A stretch of DNA of 64,000 bases from Christensenellaceae bacterium (GTDB lineage: Bacteria > Bacillota > Clostridia > Christensenellales > CAG-138). Position 1 is the stretch's first letter. Each line of letters opens with the position of its first letter. Where the stretch lies: contig OY776633.1 of NCBI GenBank assembly GCA_963675855.1, positions 172,318 to 236,317 on the forward strand. The letters run 5' to 3'. Both the position numbers and the translations under genes were made by a program. Shown here piece by piece: positions 25,134-34,882 of the stretch. Under the pieces are notes generated by a model. That model was not told where the DNA came from. It was given only the letters and a program-made list of their open reading frames with translations, and did no database searches.

Positions 25134-25934
25134 TCACATCAGCGTTTGAAATATCCGCAGCAGCGCCCCGGGAGGAAGCGCCTCGGCGCGCGCGTCCGCG
25201 GGAAAACCAAGCGCAGAAAGCGCGGCGGGCAATCGCCCGTCTTTGTCCAGATTGTTAAAAAGCGTCTTGCGCCGCATGGAGAACGCCCGCTTTAAAAAAG
25301 ATAGAAACGCCGCGCCGTCCTGCATGGGTTCGCTGTTGCGAAAGAGGCGGACGACCACGGAATCCACCTCCGGCGCGGGCCGGAAACAGCCCCGCGGCGC
25401 CTGCGCGGCCACTTGTGCATCGTAGAGACAGGCTGTGGCGGCGGCTAACGGGCCGTACACGCGGTCTTTCGGCCGGGCGAAAAACCGCTGAGCCGCTTCC
25501 GCCTGCACCATAAGCGTCATGCTTTCGGGCAGGAGCGATAACAGCCGCAGTACGATCGGCGTTGTGGCATAGTACGGCAGATTGCCAACGGCGTGCCATG
25601 GCCGGGATCCCATCAGCGCTGGAATGTCCGCGTCGAGCGCGTCCGCGTGCAAGAGGGTCAGCTTTTCGCCGAAACGCTTCCTAAGAACATCACAGAGCCG
25701 CCCGTCTTTTTCCACGGCAACAAGGAACGACGCCCGTTTCAGCAACCCCTCCGTCAGCGCGCCCGCGCCGGGGCCTATTTCGAGCACGCGTTTTCCCTCG
25801 ATCCGCGCCGCGTCGAGAACCGCCCCGATCACGTTGGCGTCGGCCAGAAAATTCTGCCCCAGCGCCTTGTTCGGCACAAAGCCTTCGGGTACGGTATTCG
25901 ATTGGGTGCCGTTGCCTGCCATAGTATGTATCAT
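25134..25934 (-). CDS. rsmA: 16S rRNA (adenine1518/1519-N6)-dimethyltransferase
   Basis: LGQNFL...VLEIGPGAGALT SAM motif and overall KsgA layout. Confidence 0.9.
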   Translation of the reverse strand: MIHTMAGNGTQSNTVPEGFVPNKALGQNFLADANVIGAVLDAARIEGKRVLEIGPGAGALTEGLLKRASFLVAVEKDGRLCDVLRKRFGEKLTLLHADALDADIPALMGSRPWHAVGNLPYYATTPIVLRLLSLLPESMTLMVQAEAAQRFFARPKDRVYGPLAAATACLYDAQVAAQAPRGCFRPAPEVDSVVVRLFRNSEPMQDGAAFLSFLKRAFSMRRKTLFNNLDKDGRLPAALSALGFPADARAEALPPGALLRIFQTLM

Positions 25935-26144
25935 AGACCGGCTTACCCAAAAAAGAAAGTAAGAATGTTACAAATAAGTTCTTCATGCGCAATGATTTTC
26001 TCCAGCAATATCCGAACGCGTGTTGATGAGCGCAGGAGAGTGTGCCATAATAATACTGGTTTCAGCGTTTAAAACAGCACGTATGCACACCGCTTCATCT
26101 TATTATTTATCTCTGTAAAACCGCATCGAAAGGAATCTGCCATC

Positions 26145-27644
26145 ATGCCGAAATACCTTCTCGCCCTCGACCAGGGCACGACGAGTTCGCGCGCCATCCT
26201 CTTTGACCTTGCCGGGAAGATCGTTTCCAGCGCACAGTACGAATTCCGCCAGATCTATCCCGGTGCGGGATACGTCGAGCACGATCCGTTCGACATCCTT
26301 GAAACGCAGAAACAGGCGGTGGCGGACGTGCTCCGGCGCGAAAACGTCAAACCCGGCGACGTCGCGGCCGCAGGCGTAACGAACCAGCGCGAAACCACGA
26401 TCGTCTGGGAAAAAGCGACGGGGCATCCCGTGTATAACGCCATCGTCTGGCAGTGCCGCCGCACCGCGCCGCTGTGTGAAACGCTGATCGCCGAAGGTTG
26501 GGGCGGCCATGTGCAGAAAACCACGGGGCTGCTCATCGACGCGTATTTCTCCGGCACAAAGATCCGCTATATTCTCGACCAGATCGAAAACGGTCAGCAG
26601 CGCGCGGAAAACGGCGAGCTATTGTTCGGCACGGTGGATACCTGGCTCATCTGGAACCTCACCGGCGAACATGTGACGGACTACTCCAACGCCTCGCGTA
26701 CGATGCTCTTCGATATCCATAACCTCGATTACGACGATAAACTGCTCGGGCGGCTGAATATCCCGCGCTGCATGCTGCCAAAGGCCTTGCCTTCGAGCCA
26801 CGTTTACGGCAGCATTCAACCGCACCTCTTGGGTCTGGAGCCGCTCGGCGGCGTGCCGCTCGCGGGCGCGGCGGGAGACCAGCAGGCGGCGCTCTTCGGG
26901 CAGGCCTGCTTTGAAAAGGGCATGGCCAAATGCACCTACGGCACGGGCGGCTTTTTGATGATGAATACGGGCACGACCCCCATCGAGAGCAAAAACCGGC
27001 TTCTGACCACCATCGCGTGGGGAGTAGGCGGTCGCGTGGAGTACGCGCTGGAGGGCAGCATCTTCAACGCGGGCAGTGCGATCAAGTGGCTTCGCGACGA
27101 CCTCGGCCTCATCTCCAGCGCGCGCGAGATCGACGTATTGGCGGAATCCGTACCGGATGCGGGTGGAGCGTACTTCGTCTCCGCGTTTACCGGCCTCGGT
27201 GCGCCGCACTGGGACATGTACGCGCGCGGCGCGATGCTGGGGCTTACCCGCGCAACGACAAAAGCGCATTTTGCGCGCGCCGTTTTGGAGGGTATCGCCT
27301 ACCAGGTGCGCGACCTCGGCGAAACGATGGAAAAGGACGCGGGGGTGCCGCTGGCTGAGCTGCGGGTTGACGGCGGAGCTTCCGTCTCCAACATCATGAT
27401 GCAGATCCAGGCGGACCTTCTCGACGCGCAGGTCAACCGCCCGAAGTGCGTGGAATCCACGGCGCTCGGCGCTGCCTGCCTCGCCGGCCTGGCCGTCGGC
27501 GTGTTCAAAAGTACGAAGGATATCGCCGCGCAATGGCAGAGCGAGCGGGTCTTTGCTCCGCAGATCGACGCCGTGGAGCGCGAAGCCCGCTTGCGCGGTT
27601 GGCGCCGGGCGCTGCAGCGCGCCATGGCCTGGGAAGAGAAATAG
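26145..27644 (+). CDS. glpK: glycerol kinase
   Basis: 499 aa. YLLALDQGTTSSRAILFD, GVTNQRETTIVW and FGTVDTWLIWNLTG are classic GlpK motifs. Confidence 0.95.
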   Translation: MPKYLLALDQGTTSSRAILFDLAGKIVSSAQYEFRQIYPGAGYVEHDPFDILETQKQAVADVLRRENVKPGDVAAAGVTNQRETTIVWEKATGHPVYNAIVWQCRRTAPLCETLIAEGWGGHVQKTTGLLIDAYFSGTKIRYILDQIENGQQRAENGELLFGTVDTWLIWNLTGEHVTDYSNASRTMLFDIHNLDYDDKLLGRLNIPRCMLPKALPSSHVYGSIQPHLLGLEPLGGVPLAGAAGDQQAALFGQACFEKGMAKCTYGTGGFLMMNTGTTPIESKNRLLTTIAWGVGGRVEYALEGSIFNAGSAIKWLRDDLGLISSAREIDVLAESVPDAGGAYFVSAFTGLGAPHWDMYARGAMLGLTRATTKAHFARAVLEGIAYQVRDLGETMEKDAGVPLAELRVDGGASVSNIMMQIQADLLDAQVNRPKCVESTALGAACLAGLAVGVFKSTKDIAAQWQSERVFAPQIDAVEREARLRGWRRALQRAMAWEEK

Positions 27645-27736
27645 CCTGAAAAAAGCACGTAAGATAAGCATTTACGTGTTATTTAAGGAACTGTATTTTG
27701 CGTTAAAAAGCCCGTCGCGCCACACGATTTGGGATG

Positions 27737-27765
27737 TTGACTTTTTTTGGCAAAGCCTATAGAAT
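27737..27765 (+). promoter_or_regulatory. sigma-A-type promoter candidate for the tRNA-Gly/tuf unit
   Basis: TTGACT (27737-27742), 17-nt spacer, TAGAAT (27760-27765). Confidence 0.55.
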
Positions 27766-27921
27766 AAGGGATGCTACCGTGGCGGAGCATGGGTAACGCT
27801 TGACTTCTTCACGGTGGTTTCGATGCGGATTTCCTGCCTGTCACAACGAGTTAAAAAGGGAAGCCTGCACGAAGCGATCCGCCGCCGTCCGCTCCTGCGG
27901 CGGAGGGGATGCGGCCGTTGC

Positions 27922-27995
27922 GCGGGTGTAGCTCAGTGGCAGAGCTCCAGCTTCCCAAGCTGGCTATGTGGGTTCGATTCCCATCACCCGCTCCA
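27922..27995 (+). tRNA. tRNA-Gly (anticodon CCC), CCA encoded
   Basis: Manual fold: acceptor GCGGGTG/CACCCGC, D-arm GCTC-AGTGGCA-GAGC, anticodon stem CCAGC/GCTGG with loop TTCCCAA, T-arm GTGGG-TTCGATT-CCCAT, then discriminator T + CCA. Confidence 0.9.
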
Positions 27996-28089
27996 GCATC
28001 CAAAAAAGGTGCACAACATATTTTGCCCGCTGCCGTTACAAATTCCGCATGCGGGTAACAACAGACGATTTTTAGGAGGAATGGTTGTA

Positions 28090-29301
<1,212 letters not shown>

Positions 29302-29314
29302 ACTAATAACAAAA

Positions 29315-29341
29315 AAGGCCCGCATTTGCGGGCCTTTTTAT
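29315..29341 (+). terminator. intrinsic terminator of tuf
   Basis: GGCCCGC-ATTT-GCGGGCC followed by T5. Confidence 0.85.
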
Positions 29342-29366
29342 TACCAAAACATCAAAATTCTTTTGC

Positions 29367-29391
29367 TTACTTTTCTTTCAAGAAAAGTAAG
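29367..29391 (-). terminator. hairpin downstream of the PP-loop ATPase gene
   Basis: 10-bp stem CTTACTTTTC/GAAAAGTAAG. The T-run on the minus strand is weak. Confidence 0.5.
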
Positions 29392-29399
29392 AGAATAAA

Positions 29400-30146
29400 C
29401 TATCTCTTATGTTTCTCGTCGTCCTTGAGGCGCATGCGGTCCCATAGGCCGTAGGTTTCCGTCGTGGAGAGCGCGTGCATAAACTTCTCCTCAAAGTCCG
29501 GCACCAACCCCGTGATATGCTGCACAAGCCGCTTTGCCTCGTCGCGCTTGGTGCTCCCGGAAATATCGCATTGCGGCGGCAGAACGGGCAGGTTTCGCGC
29601 GCGCGCGACGGAAATCGCATATTTCTCCGGCAAAAATACCAGCGGGCGGATCACGGTCACGTCCCTGCGTGAAAGATACGTCACCGGCGCGAAGGTATTG
29701 ATGCGCCCTTCGTAGAGCATGCTCATAAAGAACGTCTGAATCACGTCCTCGCGGTTGTGGCCGAGTGCGACCTTGTTACAGCCGTGCTCCACGGCAAACG
29801 TGTTCAGCGCGCCGCGCCGGAGCTTCGCGCAGAGCGCGCAGGGGCTGCGCTCCTGCCGGTACTCGAACACGACCTTGCCGATATCGGTCTTTTCGATATG
29901 CAGTTCGATGCCGATGCGCTCGGCGAACGCCTCGACGCCGGACGTGTCGTGGTTCTTCAGTCCCAGATCGAGCATAACAGCGATCACGTCGAATTTCGTA
30001 TAGGAAAACCGCTGATAGAGTTTGAGCGCCTCCATCAACAAGAGGGAGTCCTTTCCGCCGGAAACGCCTACGCAGACTTTGTCCCCGTCCCCGATCATGT
30101 GATACCGCTCGTCCGCGCGGCGGATGCTGCCTAATACCCGTTTCAT
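29400..30146 (-). CDS. PP-loop ATPase, TtcA-like tRNA 2-thiocytidine synthetase family
   Basis: 248 aa. PP-loop VGVSGGKDS, CALCAKLRRG cysteine motif, and a size typical of TtcA-like proteins. Confidence 0.7.
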   Translation of the reverse strand: MKRVLGSIRRADERYHMIGDGDKVCVGVSGGKDSLLLMEALKLYQRFSYTKFDVIAVMLDLGLKNHDTSGVEAFAERIGIELHIEKTDIGKVVFEYRQERSPCALCAKLRRGALNTFAVEHGCNKVALGHNREDVIQTFFMSMLYEGRINTFAPVTYLSRRDVTVIRPLVFLPEKYAISVARARNLPVLPPQCDISGSTKRDEAKRLVQHITGLVPDFEEKFMHALSTTETYGLWDRMRLKDDEKHKR

Positions 30147-30211
30147 GAGGGTTATTATAGGTGGTCGAGCGGCGCATATGCAAGCTTTTTACGGCTAACT
30201 GTTTCATATAA

Positions 30212-30240
30212 CAAAAATAAGGCGGTGTTAACCGCCTTAT
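30212..30240 (-). terminator. second minus-strand intrinsic terminator downstream of the ABC operon
   Basis: TAAGGCGGT-GTTA-ACCGCCTTA hairpin, followed on the minus strand by TTTTTG. Confidence 0.7.
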
Positions 30241-30252
30241 TATGCGATACCC

Positions 30253-30359
30253 TTATTGTAGGTTCAGGTTCTTTCTGAGGATTAAGCTTTCCAACATAAA
30301 AGCCGGCACATGCCGGCTTTTGTGTTTTATTATTGCAGGTTCAGGTTCTTTCTGAGGAT
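30253..30359. repeat. direct duplication (29/30 nt) of the 3' end of the ABC-2 permease gene, copies at 30253-30282 and 30330-30359
   Basis: TTATTGTAGGTTCAGGTTCTTTCTGAGGAT versus TTATTGCAGGTTCAGGTTCTTTCTGAGGAT. Both encode ...ILRKNLNLQ* on the minus strand, and a terminator hairpin lies between them. Confidence 0.9.
30297..30322 (-). terminator. intrinsic terminator directly after the ABC-2 permease stop
   Basis: AGCCGGCA-CA-TGCCGGCT hairpin, followed on the minus strand by TTTTAT. Confidence 0.75.
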
Positions 30360-31202
30360 CGAGCGCGATACGAGGAAGAACAACGCGCACAAGCCAACGG
30401 AAAGCAGCCCGTACCAACCAACCGTGCTGGTCATAAACCTGCTGATCTCCGGCGCGCCGGTCAGCGTCATGGGAACCATGTACTCGCCAAGGGACACCAC
30501 CGAGAGGAACGTTGAACTGACGATGCCAACGCCCATATTGATGAGCAGGTACATGCCGATTGCCGCGAGGATGCGGTGCTTCTTGGCCACCTGCCCGCCG
30601 ACGATGATGGCGAAGTAGAGCTGCAACAGCTGCGCCGCCAGCCCGACGATGCCGAGAACGACGGCTTCCGCGATTACGAGGGGAACGTTCATGAAGTCCT
30701 TTGCCTGCGGCAGCAGGTCGGTGAAGAAATAGCGGAACCCCTGCAGGACATCCATGTTGACCAGCGAATTGGTGGTCGTGCCGAAGACCGAGTAGATCAG
30801 AAGCGCGACCATGACCACGACGCCGTTGATCAGCACCCAGAACATACCCGTAAAGAGCTTGCTCCACAGCAGTTTGGACGTGGAAACCGGTAGCGTGAAC
30901 GTCAGGTACCCTTCGTCCGAAAGGAAGCTGCGGTAAAAGTGGTAGCAGATCAGAATCAGCGTAACGAACATCGACGCCATGATCGCGACGCCGATGAGAA
31001 TAGCCGTCGAGATCGAAATACCCATGATCAGCGCCTTGAACAGCGAAGAGCCGTGTTCCGCCGCCCAGGATGCGTCGCTCATGCGGATGGACAGCGCGGA
31101 GAGCAGCGTCGCCACCAGTCCGCCGCCGAGGATACCGATCTGCAGCGGGAAAAGCGTGCGCGAAAGCGCGCGGAAATCGTGTTTCATCAATTTGCCTAGC
31201 AT
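30330..31202 (-). CDS. ABC-2-type transporter permease
   Basis: 290 aa with about 6-7 TM segments. Overlaps the stop of the upstream ATPase gene by 7 bp. Confidence 0.7.
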   Translation of the reverse strand: MLGKLMKHDFRALSRTLFPLQIGILGGGLVATLLSALSIRMSDASWAAEHGSSLFKALIMGISISTAILIGVAIMASMFVTLILICYHFYRSFLSDEGYLTFTLPVSTSKLLWSKLFTGMFWVLINGVVVMVALLIYSVFGTTTNSLVNMDVLQGFRYFFTDLLPQAKDFMNVPLVIAEAVVLGIVGLAAQLLQLYFAIIVGGQVAKKHRILAAIGMYLLINMGVGIVSSTFLSVVSLGEYMVPMTLTGAPEISRFMTSTVGWYGLLSVGLCALFFLVSRSILRKNLNLQ

Positions 31203-31894
31203 CTGAATACCTCCCTGAACAGTTCGTCCAGCGACTTGCCCTGCGATTCACGGACGTTGTCCATCGTATCGTGCATCGTGATAACGCCTTCCTTGAGGAA
31301 GAGGAACTCGTCGAGCACCTTTTCCACATCCGCGATCAGATGCGTGGAGATGAGGATCGTCGCTTCGTTGTCATAGTTACTGATGATCGTGTCGAGGATA
31401 TAATCCCGCGTCGCGGGATCCACGCCGCCGATCGGTTCGTCCAGCAGGTAGAGCTTCGCTCTGCGGGACATGACCAGCACGAGCTGCATCTTTTCGCGCG
31501 TGCCTTTGCTCAGCTGCTTCATCCGCTTTTTCGCCGGTACGTTGAGCCGCGAAAGCATATCCCGCGCCCTGTCGGTGTCGAAGTCCGCATAGAAGTCCGT
31601 GAAATAATCGAGGCAGTCCTCAACCGTCATCCAGTCCGGCAGGTATGTGTTCTCCGGCAGAAACGAGATCATCGACTTTGTCGCTTCGCCCACCGGCTGC
31701 CCTTCTACGAGCACGGTGCCCGTCGTCGGCGTCAACAGCCCCGCTACGATCTTGAGCAGCGTGGTCTTGCCGCTGCCGTTCGGCCCGAGCAGGCCGACGA
31801 TCTTTCCCTTCGGCAGGGAGATGTCCACGTTTTCGAGCGCGAGCGTCGTTCCGTACCGCTTGGTCAGCGTCCTTGTTTCAAGAATGGATTGCAT
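31196..31894 (-). CDS. ABC transporter ATP-binding protein
   Basis: Walker A GPNGSGKTT, signature LSKGTREK, Walker B LYLLDEP. Confidence 0.9.
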   Translation of the reverse strand: MQSILETRTLTKRYGTTLALENVDISLPKGKIVGLLGPNGSGKTTLLKIVAGLLTPTTGTVLVEGQPVGEATKSMISFLPENTYLPDWMTVEDCLDYFTDFYADFDTDRARDMLSRLNVPAKKRMKQLSKGTREKMQLVLVMSRRAKLYLLDEPIGGVDPATRDYILDTIISNYDNEATILISTHLIADVEKVLDEFLFLKEGVITMHDTMDNVRESQGKSLDELFREVFRC

Positions 31895-32264
31895 GTTCCC
31901 CCTCCTTGTGTTCCCCTTTGGCGAGACGCTCGAGCACCTCTTTGCGGCTCAAGCCAAGCGCCTTCATCTGCATCAGAAACGTCTCGGCGAGCAGGTCCGC
32001 TTTTGCGTCCCGCGCGCGGGAGACGGCCGATTTGTCCGTCGTCACCGTTCGTCCGGTGTTTCTCTGTGTCGTAATCAATCCCATTTCCTCCAATTGAGCG
32101 AGCGCGCGCTGCATCGTGTTCGGGTTGACTGCCGCCTGTATCGCCAGATCGCGTACGCTGGGCAGCCGCATTCCCATCTCATAGGTGCCGTTGAGAATGC
32201 GCAATTCGATCTCGTCTACAATCTGCTGGTAGATCGGCTGGTTCGACGTAAATTGCCATGCCAA
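31878..32264 (-). CDS. GntR-family (YhcF-like) transcriptional regulator
   Basis: GGAGGAAGG RBS before a TTG start (MAWQFTSNQPIYQQI...). Winged-helix segment LPSVRDLAIQAAVNPNTMQRAL. The longer upstream ORF has no support. Confidence 0.75.
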   Translation of the reverse strand: MAWQFTSNQPIYQQIVDEIELRILNGTYEMGMRLPSVRDLAIQAAVNPNTMQRALAQLEEMGLITTQRNTGRTVTTDKSAVSRARDAKADLLAETFLMQMKALGLSRKEVLERLAKGEHKEGEHAIHS

Positions 32265-32523
32265 TGCGCCTTCCTCCTTCCGTGTGTTACTGTACTGTTG
32301 TACTAATTGCTTAATACAGTTATACATTCGGAAATGCGGTTTGTCAAGGGTTTCGGAAAAATATATTTTCAATTGAACCGTTTTGCTCAATTTCCCGTTA
32401 AACGGCGCGGTTTTATCAAAACGCGCTAAAATACCGCCGCAAAACACGAAACATCTTGTCCTTTTCCCCAAATGGGTTGTATAATAACTTGTTTTCGTAT
32501 TGAGAAAGAAGGTACTGTATACC

Positions 32524-34344
32524 ATGGATATTCGAAATGTCGCCATCATCGCGCACGTCGACCACGGCAAAACGACGCTGGTCGATCAAATGCTGCGCGA
32601 TGCGGGCGTACTGCGCAGGGGCGAACAGGACGTCGAGCGCATTATGGACTCCAACGATCTCGAGCGCGAGCGCGGGATTACGATCCTGTCCAAAAACACG
32701 GCGGTCGTCTACGGCGGAACGCGCATCAATATCGTCGACACGCCGGGCCACGCGGACTTCGGCGGCGAGGTGGAGCGCATCCTCCAGATGGTGGACGGTG
32801 TGCTGCTGCTCGTGGACGCGTTCGAAGGCTGCATGCCGCAGACGCGGTTCGTGCTTCGAAAGTCGCTCGAACTCAACAAGATCCCGATCCTCGTGGTCAA
32901 CAAGGTCGACCGTCCCGGCGCGCGCTCCGCGGAAGTCGTGGATCAGGCGCTGGAGCTCTTCATCGAGCTCGGCGCGGACGCCGATCAGCTCGATTTCCCC
33001 GTTGTGTACGCCAGCGCAAGGGACAATTTAAGCGGCATGTCGCCGGACGGAATGCAGGAAGGCATGCGCCCTCTTTTCGAAACGATACTCAGCGCGATCC
33101 CCGCGCCGAAATACGAGCCGGACGCGCCGCTGCAGATTCTGTTTTCCTCGATCGACTACGACGAATACGTCGGCCGCATCGGCGTAGGCCGCATCGAACG
33201 CGGCACCGCGAAAAAGGGCATGCCGGTCGTTATATGCGGCGGCGAGGACAACCGGCGCGCGGACACAAAGATCACGCGGCTTTACCGCTTCGAAGGGCTT
33301 AAGCGCATCGAGGTGGACGAGGCGCCCTGCGGCGACATCATCTGCGTGGCTGGCATGGAAGGCCTCAACGTCGGCGAAACGGTCTGCGATCCGAACTGCA
33401 TCGAACCTCTGCCGTTCGTGCACATCGACGAACCCACCGTGAGCATGATGTTCATGCTCAACGACAGCCCGTTCGCCGGGCGCGAGGGCAAGTACGTCAC
33501 GGGGCGCAACCTGCGCGACCGCCTCTTTACCGAGGTGAAGACCAACATCTCCATGCGCGTGGAGGAAACGGAAACCACCGATTCCTTTCAGGTGAGCGGG
33601 CGCGGCGAACTGCACCTTTCGATCCTGATCGAAACCATGCGCCGCCAGGGATACGAGTTTGCGGTCTCCCGCCCGAAGGTCATCTTCCACAAGGATAAAA
33701 ACGGCAACACGACCGAACCGGTCGAGGAACTGACCATCGACGTACCGGGCGAGTATGTCGGCGCGGTTATGGAAAAGCTCGGCCAGCGCAAGGCGGAGCT
33801 CACGGACATGACCAACCAGGGTGAAAACAGCGTGCGGCTGCAGTTTTTAGTACCCGCGCGCGGCCTGATGGGATACCGTTCGGAGCTTTTGACCGATACG
33901 CGCGGCAACGGCGTGATGAGCCATATCTTCCACGATTACGAACCCTACAAGGGCCCGATTGAGGAACGCAAAACCGGCTCGCTCGTCGCGCACGAGACGG
34001 GCGACACCACGAGCTACGGCCTGTACAATACGCAGGACCGCGGAAAGCTCTTCGTCGGCCCGGGCGTACCCGTTTACGAAGGGCAGATCGTCGGCGAAAA
34101 CGCGCGCGCGGAGGACATCGTGGTCAACGTGTGCAAGAAAAAACACGTAACCAACATGCGCGCGTCCGGCTCTGACGAGGCCCTGCGACTTACGCCCGCC
34201 GTAACGCTCTCGCTCGAGCAGTGCCTTGAATTCATCGCGGACGACGAACTCGTTGAAATCACGCCCAAGAACATCCGCATGCGCAAGCGGATTTTAAAAA
34301 AAGAGCTGCGCATGAAATACGCCAAGCAGCAGGAAGCGCTGTGA
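32524..34344 (+). CDS. typA: translational GTPase TypA/BipA
   Basis: [43 protein letters not shown]; length about 606 aa. Confidence 0.95.
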   Translation: MDIRNVAIIAHVDHGKTTLVDQMLRDAGVLRRGEQDVERIMDSNDLERERGITILSKNTAVVYGGTRINIVDTPGHADFGGEVERILQMVDGVLLLVDAFEGCMPQTRFVLRKSLELNKIPILVVNKVDRPGARSAEVVDQALELFIELGADADQLDFPVVYASARDNLSGMSPDGMQEGMRPLFETILSAIPAPKYEPDAPLQILFSSIDYDEYVGRIGVGRIERGTAKKGMPVVICGGEDNRRADTKITRLYRFEGLKRIEVDEAPCGDIICVAGMEGLNVGETVCDPNCIEPLPFVHIDEPTVSMMFMLNDSPFAGREGKYVTGRNLRDRLFTEVKTNISMRVEETETTDSFQVSGRGELHLSILIETMRRQGYEFAVSRPKVIFHKDKNGNTTEPVEELTIDVPGEYVGAVMEKLGQRKAELTDMTNQGENSVRLQFLVPARGLMGYRSELLTDTRGNGVMSHIFHDYEPYKGPIEERKTGSLVAHETGDTTSYGLYNTQDRGKLFVGPGVPVYEGQIVGENARAEDIVVNVCKKKHVTNMRASGSDEALRLTPAVTLSLEQCLEFIADDELVEITPKNIRMRKRILKKELRMKYAKQQEAL

Positions 34345-34802
34345 CGCAGGAGGGTACGGTTATGCTCCATCTTGCCGAAATCGACCGCTATAATTTCCGT
34401 TCCGTACTGGAGCTTTCCGTTGCACCGGAACAGAAATCCTTTGTCGCGTCCAACCAGTATTCGCTCGCGCAGGCATACGCCCAGCCGGAGTGCGTGCCGC
34501 TCGCGCTCTATATTGAAAATACGCCGGTCGGCTTTGCGATGTACTGCCTCGATCCGGACGACCGGCAGTATTGGATCTACCGGCTCATGATCGACATGCG
34601 CTACCAGGGCAAGGGATACGGGCGGGACGCGATGCGCCTCATCATCGAGCGCATCCGCGCGCTTGCGGGCGATCATCACAAGTATATCTACATCAGCTTC
34701 GAACCGGAAAACGCCGCCGCAAGATCGCTCTACGAAAGCCTCGGCTTCCTGCCCGACGGGCGGATGGTCGACGGCGAAACCGTATATCGGCTGGAACTGT
34801 AG
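34341..34802 (+). CDS. GNAT-family N-acetyltransferase
   Basis: 153 aa. YRLMIDMRYQGKGYGRDAM (acetyl-CoA motif A) and LYESLGF. GTG overlaps the typA stop; an ATG at 34362 is an alternative start. Confidence 0.75.
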   Translation: MTQEGTVMLHLAEIDRYNFRSVLELSVAPEQKSFVASNQYSLAQAYAQPECVPLALYIENTPVGFAMYCLDPDDRQYWIYRLMIDMRYQGKGYGRDAMRLIIERIRALAGDHHKYIYISFEPENAAARSLYESLGFLPDGRMVDGETVYRLEL

Positions 34803-34834
34803 ATAGCGCTTTCTCAACAATATACCGAAATAAA

Positions 34835-34866
34835 AAATGCCATCCCGAACTGGATGGCATTTTTTG
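34835..34866. terminator. bidirectional intrinsic terminator
   Basis: ATGCCATCC-CGAACT-GGATGGCAT flanked by A6 and T5. Confidence 0.8.
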
Positions 34867-34882
34867 TTGTTATTGATCGGCT

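Noticed and set aside
25935-26144. GlpP-type terminator/antiterminator in the glpK leader
   Set aside because: Only 3-4-bp stems could be found by eye (for example AGCG...CGCT before a T-rich tract). That is too weak to call without folding software.
27814-28089. N-terminal 92-codon extension of the tuf ORF
   Set aside because: It runs straight through the tRNA-Gly gene. The canonical EF-Tu N-terminus ([12 protein letters not shown]) with a GGAGGA RBS starts at 28090.
30253-31329. 358-aa minus-strand ORF overlapping the ABC-2 permease and ATPase genes
   Set aside because: It is an out-of-frame artefact with an Arg/Gly/His-rich translation. Only its last 14 codons are meaningful, as the duplicated permease gene end reported separately.
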